From: Segetibacter sp.
Lineage (GTDB): Bacteria; Bacteroidota; Bacteroidia; Chitinophagales; Chitinophagaceae
Length of the DNA stretch: 64,000 nt
Direction: 5' to 3'
Assembly: GCA_031423805.1 (NCBI GenBank)
Contig: JANPGE010000211.1
Location: 8,654 to 72,653 of the forward strand
The notes under the pieces are model-generated. The model was not told the origin of the DNA. It worked only from the letters and a program-made list of their open reading frames with translations, and did not search any database. The first letter of the stretch is position 1. Every line of letters begins with the position of its first letter. A program made the position numbers and the translations under genes. Shown here piece after piece: positions 1 to 9,091 of this stretch.

Positions 1-897
1 AGAAACCATTCTACAGGGTTAAGGAATAGTTTGTTACTAACGTATACAAAAACTTTAGAACACTATTTAAAGGCTTCTGCAAATACACAAAATGCAAATG
101 CAGGAAATAACATTGACAGAATTTTTTGGTGGTTATCACATAATGCAACTGACTATGAAGAAATAATTATTGATGAAGCTCAAGACATTGAAAAAGCAAG
201 GTTTCAACGATTTTTCAACTACTCAAATAATATATCGTATGGAGCTGACCAAAGACAAAGTATTTATTTAAACCCCGAAGGTTTAAATGAGTTACTAAAT
301 TGGTTCAATGCAGACCACAGATTTCAAGCTAACGTTCCAATAACACTAAGTAGAAATTTTAGAAATTCTAAAGAAATACTTCTATTTACAAGGTCTGTAT
401 TTCCAAATTTTATGATTCCTCAAAATACAATAAACGGAGCCATGACAACTGGTTTAAAACCAATTATGAAATTGGATATAGGTTGGGATATTGATGGACA
501 AGTTGACGCAATCATAGATATAATAACTGATTTTCAAAGTGACACACATAATATTACTATTTTAGTTCCAACACAAAAAATGGTAGAAACCTATTATAAT
601 GCAATAAGAGGTAAACTTGCCGAAAATATTGCTTTGACAAAGTTTAGGGCAGAAGACGATATTTTTGAAGGTCTGTCTGGAGTACATATAACACCATTCA
701 AGTCATCAAAAGGAACTGAATTTGACACAGTTATTATTCCAGAGTTTGATAGGTACAGGTGGTTTATGGAAAACGGACATACCGTTAAAGAGAATGACTA
801 TTACGTTGCCTTTACAAGAACAAAATCAAATCTGTTTTTACTTTGTAGAAATGGTTTTCCAAACATCGGTGATATAAATACCGTAACAACAGAATAA
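1..897 (+). CDS. SF1 (UvrD/Rep-like) helicase, C-terminal part; 5' end lies outside the window
   Basis: The frame is open from nt 1, with no in-frame stop before the listed start at 31. SF1 motifs appear in order: IIIDEAQD (II, nt 163-186), GADQRQSIY (III), LSRNFRNSKEIL (IV), FKSSKGTEFDTVIIPEF (V), YYVAFTRTKSNLFLL (VI). Walker A must lie upstream of the window. The DNA is AT-rich. Confidence 0.75.
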   Translation, partial: RNHSTGLRNSLLLTYTKTLEHYLKASANTQNANAGNNIDRIFWWLSHNATDYEEIIIDEAQDIEKARFQRFFNYSNNISYGADQRQSIYLNPEGLNELLNWFNADHRFQANVPITLSRNFRNSKEILLFTRSVFPNFMIPQNTINGAMTTGLKPIMKLDIGWDIDGQVDAIIDIITDFQSDTHNITILVPTQKMVETYYNAIRGKLAENIALTKFRAEDDIFEGLSGVHITPFKSSKGTEFDTVIIPEFDRYRWFMENGHTVKENDYYVAFTRTKSNLFLLCRNGFPNIGDINTVTTE

Positions 898-898
898 T

Positions 899-2749
899 AT
901 GAGTAACTCATTTTACATACCGATACATTCAATGAATCTGGCTCACTATTTAGGGAGCGGGATCATTGCTCCATCTATATACATCGAAAATAATAATGCT
1001 GACATTCAAGATGGTTTAAGAAATTATTTACTACTTAGTTCTTCCAAGTTCACAAAAGATACGAATTGTGCAATAGAGATTGTATTAAATACGGAAGAAG
1101 AAGCACCAAAAAAAATAAGCGAAAATTTTTATTTATTTGATAAGCCTTTACCGATATCAAGAATAAAAGGAATTTATTTTACAAATGAAGAAAAAAAAAT
1201 TAGTTCAAACTTCGATATTACATCTGGATCAGCATTTATCCCTGAAGGACTTTTAAAAGTATCAATGGAAGAAAGTATCGATACCAAGGAATTGGAAAAT
1301 ATAGAATACCAACCATCGGAAAGGAACTGGACTAATTTTTTAAAAAGATACGACCAAATTCTTGGCGGCTTTTCTACAATGAAAATAAGTAAAGAAAATT
1401 TTCAAAATTACCCTACACACTATTTTTCAACTTTAGGTAACATCAATAACTTATTTACTAATATTCTTGATAAGCAAAACATCAGTATCGAAAATAGCTT
1501 TCAATTTGCCTTTACTAATGAAGGGAAATTCAAGGACTTCCACAATACAATTTATTCCGAGATTGATTACAGTGAAGTTCAACGGTATGCAGAAAATGAT
1601 AAGGTTAAATTAGAAGTAAAAAATGGCTTAGTTCAAATAGATAAAATTTCAGAAAATACACAAACTTATCTTGTTGCAATTTTAGAAAGTTATGGCAAAG
1701 GCAAAAGAAAACAAGTTGATTCTTTTATTTCAGATTTAATCTCTGGAAAGTTTAATGAAAAGAAAAAAGAAGGCTTATCGTTAATTTTTGGATTGAATAA
1801 GGGCTATAAGGCATTTAGGAATAAGTATAAAACATCAAATTTTGAGGTTGATATTAAGTTTCAACTAAACAGTAAATTAGACTACTACATAATTGAAAGT
1901 ATTTATCAGAATATTTTTAATAATTTAGATAACATTAGATATTTTCCTTACATAGATGAATGGCTGATCACAAGTAAACAAGCTGAAGCAGTAAACCCTA
2001 GTTATGTAACATATCAAATGGTCGATAAGACAATTATTTGGAAGGCTAAAGTGCTTTCGCCAATTGAATCACTTCTTAATAATATTGTCCAAAAAGTTTG
2101 TAGTTGGTTTCCAAGCTTTATTCAAGTAAAAAAAAATGAAATTGAGCTCATATTTAAGGAAAGTATAGAATTATTTGTTAAAGAAAATAATGACGATATA
2201 ACCAAACAACTAAACGCTGAATTAAATCAAACTAGAGTAACATTAAAACAATTTAAAGCTGAAATTAAAGAAAGAGAGAGTATTATAATAAAATTAGAAG
2301 CTGAAAATAAAAGTCTGCAAAACTCCTTCAATGAATTAAAAAATAAAATTGATTCCCAAGAAAAACAAAATGCAAATGAAAACACTGTTATTAGTGATGA
2401 GATATTAAAAACTGAAAAACTAACTACAGACAATCAGCTTGATGATGAAATAAACAACGAAAATAAGCAAGAGCAAAAAGATGAACTTGTAAGTCTTTAT
2501 GAGATAAAATCTGAACCATTATTGGTTCAAGAACCAGTTAAATCAAAGTCGATTATAAATCACACTAACAATGGCAGTCTATTTGAAAATGATTCTTCAT
2601 TTCAAACAAATTTTAGAGAGATTGAATTAAACAAAAAAAGTATGAACGATTTGAGAGAGATTGCTAAAGACTATAAGATTCAAAAATGTAGTGCAATGAA
2701 AAAGGAAGTACTCATTGATACAATTTTAAAATACGAGATACAACAATGA
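899..2749 (+). CDS. Hypothetical protein: unknown N-terminal region, coiled coil, C-terminal Rho_N/SAP-like motif
   Basis: 616-aa ORF whose ATG sits 1 nt after the upstream stop (TAA-T-ATG). I recognise no catalytic motif in the first ~430 aa. It has a heptad-like segment (QLNAELNQTRVTLKQFKAEIKERESIIIKLEAENKSLQNSFNELKNKI) followed by a polar/acidic linker. The last ~40 aa (MNDLREIAKDYKIQKCSAMKKEVLIDTILKYE, about nt 2624-2746) resemble the Rho N-terminal/SAP helix-extended-helix motif. Confidence 0.6.
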   Translation: MSNSFYIPIHSMNLAHYLGSGIIAPSIYIENNNADIQDGLRNYLLLSSSKFTKDTNCAIEIVLNTEEEAPKKISENFYLFDKPLPISRIKGIYFTNEEKKISSNFDITSGSAFIPEGLLKVSMEESIDTKELENIEYQPSERNWTNFLKRYDQILGGFSTMKISKENFQNYPTHYFSTLGNINNLFTNILDKQNISIENSFQFAFTNEGKFKDFHNTIYSEIDYSEVQRYAENDKVKLEVKNGLVQIDKISENTQTYLVAILESYGKGKRKQVDSFISDLISGKFNEKKKEGLSLIFGLNKGYKAFRNKYKTSNFEVDIKFQLNSKLDYYIIESIYQNIFNNLDNIRYFPYIDEWLITSKQAEAVNPSYVTYQMVDKTIIWKAKVLSPIESLLNNIVQKVCSWFPSFIQVKKNEIELIFKESIELFVKENNDDITKQLNAELNQTRVTLKQFKAEIKERESIIIKLEAENKSLQNSFNELKNKIDSQEKQNANENTVISDEILKTEKLTTDNQLDDEINNENKQEQKDELVSLYEIKSEPLLVQEPVKSKSIINHTNNGSLFENDSSFQTNFREIELNKKSMNDLREIAKDYKIQKCSAMKKEVLIDTILKYEIQQ

Positions 2750-4221
2750 GTTTCATAAACAGGTTTTTTAATGCTTCAAATTCAGTAGAAGATCTAACAG
2801 CATTTACTCAAAATAATTCAATAGAAATTTATGACTTTTTCATAAGTCAGAAAAATAGTAGTATTTCAAATTATAGGACAGAGATAGAAAATTTCATCTT
2901 ACCCAAATATGGTATTTATAGTCATTTAGATTTTGAAGACAATAAAAACCAAACATTTTTATTCTGCCTATTAGATGTATCACAAAGATTCGGGCTTGCT
3001 TTGGAATTTCAACAAGTATATAATCTTGCAAGGCAAAATAATGTTCCTTTAAATAGTCGTCTAAATGCTTCAGCACAATTCCTAGTTGGCGTCAATTCTA
3101 TTAATGATTATGAAAATAGGATAAATGAAATTTTATCAAACTTATCTGATAGCTTTTTAAAAGAGGAAGATAACGAGCAAAAAACAATTGCAACACTAAT
3201 TCATTTCTACACAGAAGTTTTTTACAATTTTGGCTATCAAAACATAAGCAGAGTAAACGAATTTAGAAACAATTTACTTGAGCAATTAAAAAAAGAAGAG
3301 TATGGTTTTCTTTTAACGCAAAGTGTTGAAGAAGTTTTATCTTATTCTTTAAATAATGTTGAAGAGCTTTACCAAGCAGTTCATACTAAAATTGATGAAA
3401 TTTTAGAAAGAGCAAGTCAATATCTCGCATTTAATATTGAACCTCATTTAATAGAATTAGATGGACATTATGCTGAATCATTAGCTGGTATTTCAGCAAA
3501 CTTTAAAGAAATAAGAAGTCTTTGTGCTAATTTATATTCTGTAGTTGCAAGTAATGAAATTTTCTGGTCTTTGCAGAGAGGAGTTAAAGTGCTAACTGAA
3601 CAAAATCAACTTTTAGCATACTTCCATAGTTATGGAAAAATGCACCAAGCTAAAATGTTGAGTGCAATTAAACCAATCGAACAAAATGAATTAAAAGGAG
3701 AACTTGAAATCTATGACTGGGGTTGTGGTCAAGGTTTAGCTTCAATTTGTTTTTTGGAATATCTCAATGTGCAAGAAATTGCATATTCTATCAATAAATT
3801 TACACTAATTGAACCTTCTGAAATAGCAATTAAAAGAGCATCTCTTCATCTTAGAAAGTTTACAGCCGACACTCAAATAATTACAATAAATAAAGACTTA
3901 GACTCTTTAGAAAACAATGATTTTGAGAGTAAAAATTTCGTCACTAAAGTTCATTTGTTTTCGAATATTCTTGACATAGATTTGTTTTCTATGAATGATT
4001 TAATCCAATTAATTAAAAGTAATTTTTCTGGCAAAAATATTTTTATATGTGCAAGTCCATTTGTTTCTAGCTTTAAAACTGAAAGAATAGATGGCTTTGT
4101 TCAGTCTTTTTCTGATAAAACAAATTTTGAAATAATTTCTAATATTTCGCAAAAAAATGGTGAATGGCCTGGTACTAATTGGACAAGGGTTATAAGAGTT
4201 TTCAAAGTGAATATTTTATAA
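2746..4221 (+). CDS. Class I SAM-dependent methyltransferase-fold protein with ~320-aa N-terminal extension
   Basis: 491-aa ORF overlapping the upstream stop by ATGA (2746-2749). It carries SAM motif I EIYDWGCGQGLA (nt 3706-3741) and an acidic post-I strand FTLIEPSE. No (D/N/S)PP(Y/F/W) or PCQ DNA-methyltransferase motif is seen, and the N-terminal helical region has no motif I can name. Confidence 0.6.
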   Translation: MSFINRFFNASNSVEDLTAFTQNNSIEIYDFFISQKNSSISNYRTEIENFILPKYGIYSHLDFEDNKNQTFLFCLLDVSQRFGLALEFQQVYNLARQNNVPLNSRLNASAQFLVGVNSINDYENRINEILSNLSDSFLKEEDNEQKTIATLIHFYTEVFYNFGYQNISRVNEFRNNLLEQLKKEEYGFLLTQSVEEVLSYSLNNVEELYQAVHTKIDEILERASQYLAFNIEPHLIELDGHYAESLAGISANFKEIRSLCANLYSVVASNEIFWSLQRGVKVLTEQNQLLAYFHSYGKMHQAKMLSAIKPIEQNELKGELEIYDWGCGQGLASICFLEYLNVQEIAYSINKFTLIEPSEIAIKRASLHLRKFTADTQIITINKDLDSLENNDFESKNFVTKVHLFSNILDIDLFSMNDLIQLIKSNFSGKNIFICASPFVSSFKTERIDGFVQSFSDKTNFEIISNISQKNGEWPGTNWTRVIRVFKVNIL

Positions 4222-4577
4222 ATGTTATTTTTGATAGGATTTTCTCTCACATTGCCATAAATAACATTTGTCATTTCATAAAAAAACTTCACTAAAATAA
4301 TACTCGTCCTTACTAGGCTTGGTAAACAAAAGTGTATTTCAAAACCAAAAGGGCTCTTCCCCTCATCCTCCTCATACCTCAACCCCGATCCTTACAAATA
4401 ACTTTTCAACCTATATTCTCCCACCTTATCCGTTAATGATTTTCTTCGTGGCTGTTTTTAAAATCTGGTTTACTTGTGGTCGAAAAAATATTTTACACAT
4501 ATTAATGACTATTTCACAATCCTTCCCCAATCCCATCCTCTCTTAATTTGTGTGCAATGAATTTCAACCCCTCTCCC

Positions 4578-6977
4578 CTACCCAATTATCCTCAACTTAG
4601 CATAGTTCAGCATTATCTTCTTTTCGCCATTATTATCAAACATTATTGTTGCTATAGGGTTGTGTGCCGATCCTTCTACTTTGGTTACTTCGCCAAAACC
4701 AAACTTTTGATGTTCTACTTTCTGGCCAATCTGCAAATCGGCTGTATCGCTGGGAACAAAATCTGCACTGGGTTTATGTTCTACCACTTTGGGAGTAGTA
4801 GGTGCAACCGGCAAATAAGCCGGTTTGGCAGGGGTTTTAGTGGTGGTTTGTCCATACTTTTCTTCTACCCATTGTGCTTTGGGTTTAAAGCCGGTAGCTC
4901 CATTCATACGATCAAACGCACTTGTTCCAAAATCATCAAAACCCTGATTTCTTGCACCACCACCTGCAAAACCACGGTCAAGGTATTGGTCGGGCATTTC
5001 GTCTATAAACCGGCTGGGCTCATTTTTTACCAATTGTCCAAAACGATAACGGGTGTTGGCATACGTGAGCCACAAATTTTTCTTGGCCCGGGTAATAGCT
5101 ACATAAAACAAACGCCTTTCTTCTTCCAACTCTTCACGGGTATTGATAGCCATAGAGTTGGGAAATAAAGTTTCTTCTATCCCGCCTACAAACACACAGG
5201 AAAACTCAAGCCCTTTTGCAGCATGAATGGTCATCAGTTTTACCACATCACTATTTTCCTTATCGTCATCTGCATCGGTCAGTAGGGTAATTTGTTGCAG
5301 GTAACTACCAAGGTCACCAACATTTCTCTCTTCGCCGGTACTATTGTCTATTATCACAACACCTTCATCATCTATTTGTGATCGGTTTTGCACATCATCT
5401 ACCCATTCTTTTATTGAGTTAAACAACTCCTGAATATTTTCATAACGGGCAAGTCCTTCGGTGGTTTTATCGTTAAAAAGTTCTTTTACCAGATTGGTAT
5501 GTTTACCTACCTGTACTGCCACATCATAAGCGCTTTTGGTTTGCAACAGACTTTGAAAATATTTGATCATCTGCACAAAAGCCTCTACAGACTCTGCTGT
5601 ACCTGCTTTAAACCCAAACTCCCTGGCACGGGTTAACACCTGCCACAGACTTAATTTGTTTTCATTGGCAGCTATTACAGCTTTTTCAATCGTTGTTTTA
5701 CCAATGCCTCTTACGGGGTAATTTATAATACGCTTCAGTGCTTCTTCATCTTGTGTATTTACAATAATGCGCAGATAGGCAAGTATGTCTTTAATCTCCT
5801 TTCTTTGGTAAAAGCTTACACCCCCATAAATACGGTAAGGGATCCCCATCCGGCGAAGACTTTCTTCAAATGAACGGCTTTGGGCATTGGTACGGTACAG
5901 TATTGCAAACTCTTTGTTGTGAAAATGATTGCGAAGTTTTTGTTCCTGTATGGTATCAGCAACAAATTTGCCTTCATCATTGTCGGTCATTGTGCGTACC
6001 AACCTGATCTTTTCACCTTCCTGATTGTCTGTCCAAAGGTCTTTAGGTATTTGACCTTTGTTGTTTTTTATAACCTCGTTGGCGACATTTATTATGCTTT
6101 TAGTACTGCGGTAGTTTTGTTCCAGTTTTACCACTTTTACATCGTCGTAATCTTTTTCAAACTGCAATATATTTTCTATGGTAGCTCCGCGAAAACTATA
6201 GATACTCTGTGCATCATCTCCCACTACGGCTATGTTTTCATTAACTGCTGCCAACAGTTTAATTATCTGATACTGCACAGCATTGGTATCCTGATACTCA
6301 TCTATCATTACATACTTAAACTTGTGTTGGTACTTGTGCAGCACTTCCGGAAAATCTCTTAGCAGTTCATACATTTTAAACAACAGATCATCATAATCCA
6401 TTGCTCCGTTTTTAAAACAACGTGCGGCATATGCTGCATAAATCTGACCGATCATAGGTCTGTTGCTACGCATATCTTCTTGCTGTATATAGTAGTCGTT
6501 TTGATAATCAGCCGGACCTACCAATGCATTTTTAGCCTGTGATATGCGACCATGCACAACACTTGCCTTGTAGTGTTTATCATCAAGATTCATTTCATTA
6601 ACAACCGTTTTAATAACACTTCGGCTGTCGTCTGTATCATAAATAGTAAAATTGCTAGGATAACCCACTTTGGGGGCTTCGGCTCTTAATATTCTGGCAA
6701 AAACGCTGTGAAAAGTTCCTATATAAAGATTTCTTGCTTCATTGGTGCCCAATATTTTTTCAACCCGCTCCTTCATTTCTGCTGCTGCCTTATTGGTAAA
6801 TGTTAGCGCAAGAATGTTGAAAGAATCAATCCTGTGTGCCTTCATAAGGTGGGCTATACGGGTAGTGAGCACTTTTGTCTTACCACTGCCGGCACCTGCT
6901 ACAATCATTATTGGTCCATCTTTGTGTAATACTGCTTCACGTTGCTGCTCGTTCAGCTCTTTCAGATAATCATACAT
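4578..6977 (-). CDS. uvrD: ATP-dependent DNA helicase UvrD/PcrA (housekeeping SF1A)
   Basis: 799 aa with the full motif set: AGAGSGKTKVLT (Walker A), MIDEYQDT, VGDDAQSIYSFRGA, QNYRST, TIHAAKGLEF, YVAITRAKKNL. G+C is higher than in the neighbouring operon. Confidence 0.9.
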   Translation of the reverse strand: MYDYLKELNEQQREAVLHKDGPIMIVAGAGSGKTKVLTTRIAHLMKAHRIDSFNILALTFTNKAAAEMKERVEKILGTNEARNLYIGTFHSVFARILRAEAPKVGYPSNFTIYDTDDSRSVIKTVVNEMNLDDKHYKASVVHGRISQAKNALVGPADYQNDYYIQQEDMRSNRPMIGQIYAAYAARCFKNGAMDYDDLLFKMYELLRDFPEVLHKYQHKFKYVMIDEYQDTNAVQYQIIKLLAAVNENIAVVGDDAQSIYSFRGATIENILQFEKDYDDVKVVKLEQNYRSTKSIINVANEVIKNNKGQIPKDLWTDNQEGEKIRLVRTMTDNDEGKFVADTIQEQKLRNHFHNKEFAILYRTNAQSRSFEESLRRMGIPYRIYGGVSFYQRKEIKDILAYLRIIVNTQDEEALKRIINYPVRGIGKTTIEKAVIAANENKLSLWQVLTRAREFGFKAGTAESVEAFVQMIKYFQSLLQTKSAYDVAVQVGKHTNLVKELFNDKTTEGLARYENIQELFNSIKEWVDDVQNRSQIDDEGVVIIDNSTGEERNVGDLGSYLQQITLLTDADDDKENSDVVKLMTIHAAKGLEFSCVFVGGIEETLFPNSMAINTREELEEERRLFYVAITRAKKNLWLTYANTRYRFGQLVKNEPSRFIDEMPDQYLDRGFAGGGARNQGFDDFGTSAFDRMNGATGFKPKAQWVEEKYGQTTTKTPAKPAYLPVAPTTPKVVEHKPSADFVPSDTADLQIGQKVEHQKFGFGEVTKVEGSAHNPIATIMFDNNGEKKIMLNYAKLRIIG

Positions 6978-7148
6978 ACGGCGAAGTTACGACCTTCAAA
7001 TTTTCTTAAATGCCCTTTATCGTTCTGTTTAAAAAAGTATGGGCAAATGGTTGTTTTTTGTTGAAAAGCCTACACATTATAAAAAGTACTGCACATGCCC
7101 GCAACATAGGCATACTTTTTTTTAGTTTTAGTTACAAATTTCATTTAT

Positions 7149-7292
7149 ATGAAAATGGTTACACAGTGGTTAGAAGATGCGCTCAATGATGTGCAGCTTG
7201 AAAAAGTTGGTATTAAACTGGTAATGCTTGTAATGATAGTATTAGGGTTAGGCGCATTAAGTTTGTACATATTGCTTAATAGTCCTGCCTGA
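7149..7292 (+). CDS. Possible 47-aa single-TM small protein, below the ORF-track cutoff
   Basis: Hand translation gives MKMVTQWLEDALNDVQLEKVGIKLVMLVMIVLGLGALSLYILLNSPA*. It has an ATG start, one hydrophobic helix, and sits in an otherwise empty 317-nt gap. There is no homology evidence. Confidence 0.3.
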   Translation: MKMVTQWLEDALNDVQLEKVGIKLVMLVMIVLGLGALSLYILLNSPA

Positions 7293-7294
7293 TA

Positions 7295-8125
7295 TTATTT
7301 AGAATACTCCTTCAGATTTGCTCTTTCTTTTTTTGAAAGGCTGCTGATTCCTCGCTTATGAATTTTTTCGAGTAACCTGTCCAACTCTTTCTGTTTGTTT
7401 ATCTTATTAAGATTATATCTGTCTTCTACAGTATAGTTGTGGTGGTTTTTGTAAAAAAGATTATCAATCAACAAAGCCTGCGGTTTGTAAACAATAAATG
7501 CTATAAAAGCAATGGCTGGCAATGCAATAACAGCAATCGTAAAAGTATTGGTAATTAATATGGATGGAGAAAGTATGATTGCAAATAGTACACCCGCCAA
7601 TCCGCCGCCCAGGTGAGCATCGTGGCCTACATTTTCGCTACGTGAACGGATGCCGTAAATGGAGATAACAACATAAATTAGCCCAAACAACCAACCGGGT
7701 ATGGCCGGCAAAAAAAACAAACTGATATCCATACCCGGAAATAATGCAATGGATGCAAAAATCACCGCATTGATAGCCCCCGATGCACCTACACTACTGT
7801 AATCACCTGCAAAGCGATGAATAAAAAGACTCAACAGATTGCCTCCTAACAATCCTGAAATGTAAATGAGAATAAATTTTATTGGCCCCAGATAAGATTC
7901 TACGCCACCACTAAAAAAGATTAAAGCAATCATATTAAAAACCAAATGGGTCCAGTTAACATGCAAAAATCCTGATGTCATAAGGCGTTTGTAATCTTTA
8001 TGCACCAATACAGCATCAACAATAAATGAATAGCGGTCGTAAAAAAACTGATCCTTAAAACCACGGTACGACGTAACAACATTCATGATGATGAGAATGG
8101 TACTTATTGAGATAAATGGCATCAT
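7295..8125 (-). CDS. Rhomboid family intramembrane serine protease
   Basis: Motifs FLHVNWTHLVFNM (HxxxxHxxxN), GASGAINAV (GxSG catalytic Ser) and HDAHLGGGLAG (catalytic His). Multi-TM, with a cytoplasmic C-terminal tail. Confidence 0.85.
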   Translation of the reverse strand: MMPFISISTILIIMNVVTSYRGFKDQFFYDRYSFIVDAVLVHKDYKRLMTSGFLHVNWTHLVFNMIALIFFSGGVESYLGPIKFILIYISGLLGGNLLSLFIHRFAGDYSSVGASGAINAVIFASIALFPGMDISLFFLPAIPGWLFGLIYVVISIYGIRSRSENVGHDAHLGGGLAGVLFAIILSPSILITNTFTIAVIALPAIAFIAFIVYKPQALLIDNLFYKNHHNYTVEDRYNLNKINKQKELDRLLEKIHKRGISSLSKKERANLKEYSK

Positions 8126-8240
8126 TTTATGGTATTTAGTACTTAGTATTTAGACTGCTTCGAAATTAATATATTCAACATTGTGGTAACTATATGGAAC
8201 AAATAAAAAATTCTCAATTTTGTCAGATTGATCAGGACAT

Positions 8241-8269
8241 CAAAACAAAAACCCGCCGGTTGGGCGGGA
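8241..8269 (-). terminator. Rho-independent terminator downstream of the esterase gene
   Basis: On the minus strand, the stem CCCGCC / GGCGGG (8252-8257 and 8263-8268, 5-nt loop) is followed by TTTTTGTTTTG. It begins 8 nt after the stop of the 8277..9008 CDS. Confidence 0.6.
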
Positions 8270-8276
8270 ATTAGTT

Positions 8277-9008
8277 TTAAAATTTATTTTCCAAAATGTA
8301 TGGAAGCATTTTGCGCCACGTTGGCCAATCATGTTTTATATCCTGACCCCAAACATCCAAATCGCACCAAATACCTTTGTCAAAAAGTAGTTGTGCAAAC
8401 CTTCTGCTTGCATTAGGATCTTCATAATCGCCGCTGCCTGTATAGATATGTATGTGATGGCTTGCCTTTATTTTATCAAGATAATATTGGTCAGAAAGAT
8501 TGCTGATATAATGCTCCGGGCTGTTGAAGTAAACCTGATCATCCCAATAGCCTTTGGTGTATTCTGCCAGGTTATAAACACCACTCATAGAGATTGCGCC
8601 GTTGATCATATCGGGTCTTTTCAGAAATAAATTCATGGCATGCAGCGCACCAAAAGATGCACCACAGGTATAGATAAATGTTTCCTGACTTGTGGCGTTT
8701 CTGATAAAAGGAATTACCTCATTAAAAACATACTCGTTAAACTGATTGTGCCTTATAGCCTTGTGCGACGGTTCCATTTCATTATTCAACCAACTTTCTT
8801 TGTTTATACTATCTATACTGAACACCCTGCATTTACCGCTATCAATCAATGGTGCAAGTGTATCAATCAGTTGAAACCTTTCATATTCTAAATAGTCAGC
8901 TGCAGCAGTTGGTATTAAGAGTACGGCAAATCCGTAATGACCATAAGATGCAATAGGCATTTCTTTGTTAAGCGAAGGGCTGTACCATGAGGCTAATTCT
9001 CTTCTCAT
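8277..9008 (-). CDS. Esterase family protein (alpha/beta hydrolase)
   Basis: 243 aa with the nucleophile elbow GASFG in YTCGASFGALHAMNLF. Overall similarity to putative-esterase (esterase D-like) proteins is judged from memory. Confidence 0.65.
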   Translation of the reverse strand: MRRELASWYSPSLNKEMPIASYGHYGFAVLLIPTAAADYLEYERFQLIDTLAPLIDSGKCRVFSIDSINKESWLNNEMEPSHKAIRHNQFNEYVFNEVIPFIRNATSQETFIYTCGASFGALHAMNLFLKRPDMINGAISMSGVYNLAEYTKGYWDDQVYFNSPEHYISNLSDQYYLDKIKASHHIHIYTGSGDYEDPNASRRFAQLLFDKGIWCDLDVWGQDIKHDWPTWRKMLPYILENKF

Positions 9009-9091
9009 AATTGTTGTTTAGTTTTTTTTAATAGTTTGAATTGCAAGACAAAATAGTACATTTTATTTGTGCAGCAGTTGCAAATTTTTTA

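Noticed and set aside
4222-4577. ORFs 4101..4382(-) and 4319..4546(+), and C-rich runs (CCCCTCATCCTCC, CCCCTCTCCCCTACCC) between the methyltransferase-fold gene and uvrD. I considered a small gene or a G-quadruplex on the minus strand.
   Set aside because: The translations look like noise, and one overlaps the methyltransferase-fold CDS. Only three G runs are closely spaced, with the fourth ~40 nt away, so there is no canonical quadruplex. I treat the region as non-coding island/core junction.
4548-6969. Plus-strand ORFs 4548..5168, 5880..6362 and 6742..6969, which lie antisense within uvrD
   Set aside because: They lie entirely inside a strongly supported 799-aa helicase CDS on the other strand. 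Their translations are Cys/Phe/Ile-rich with no motifs, which is typical of antisense shadow ORFs.
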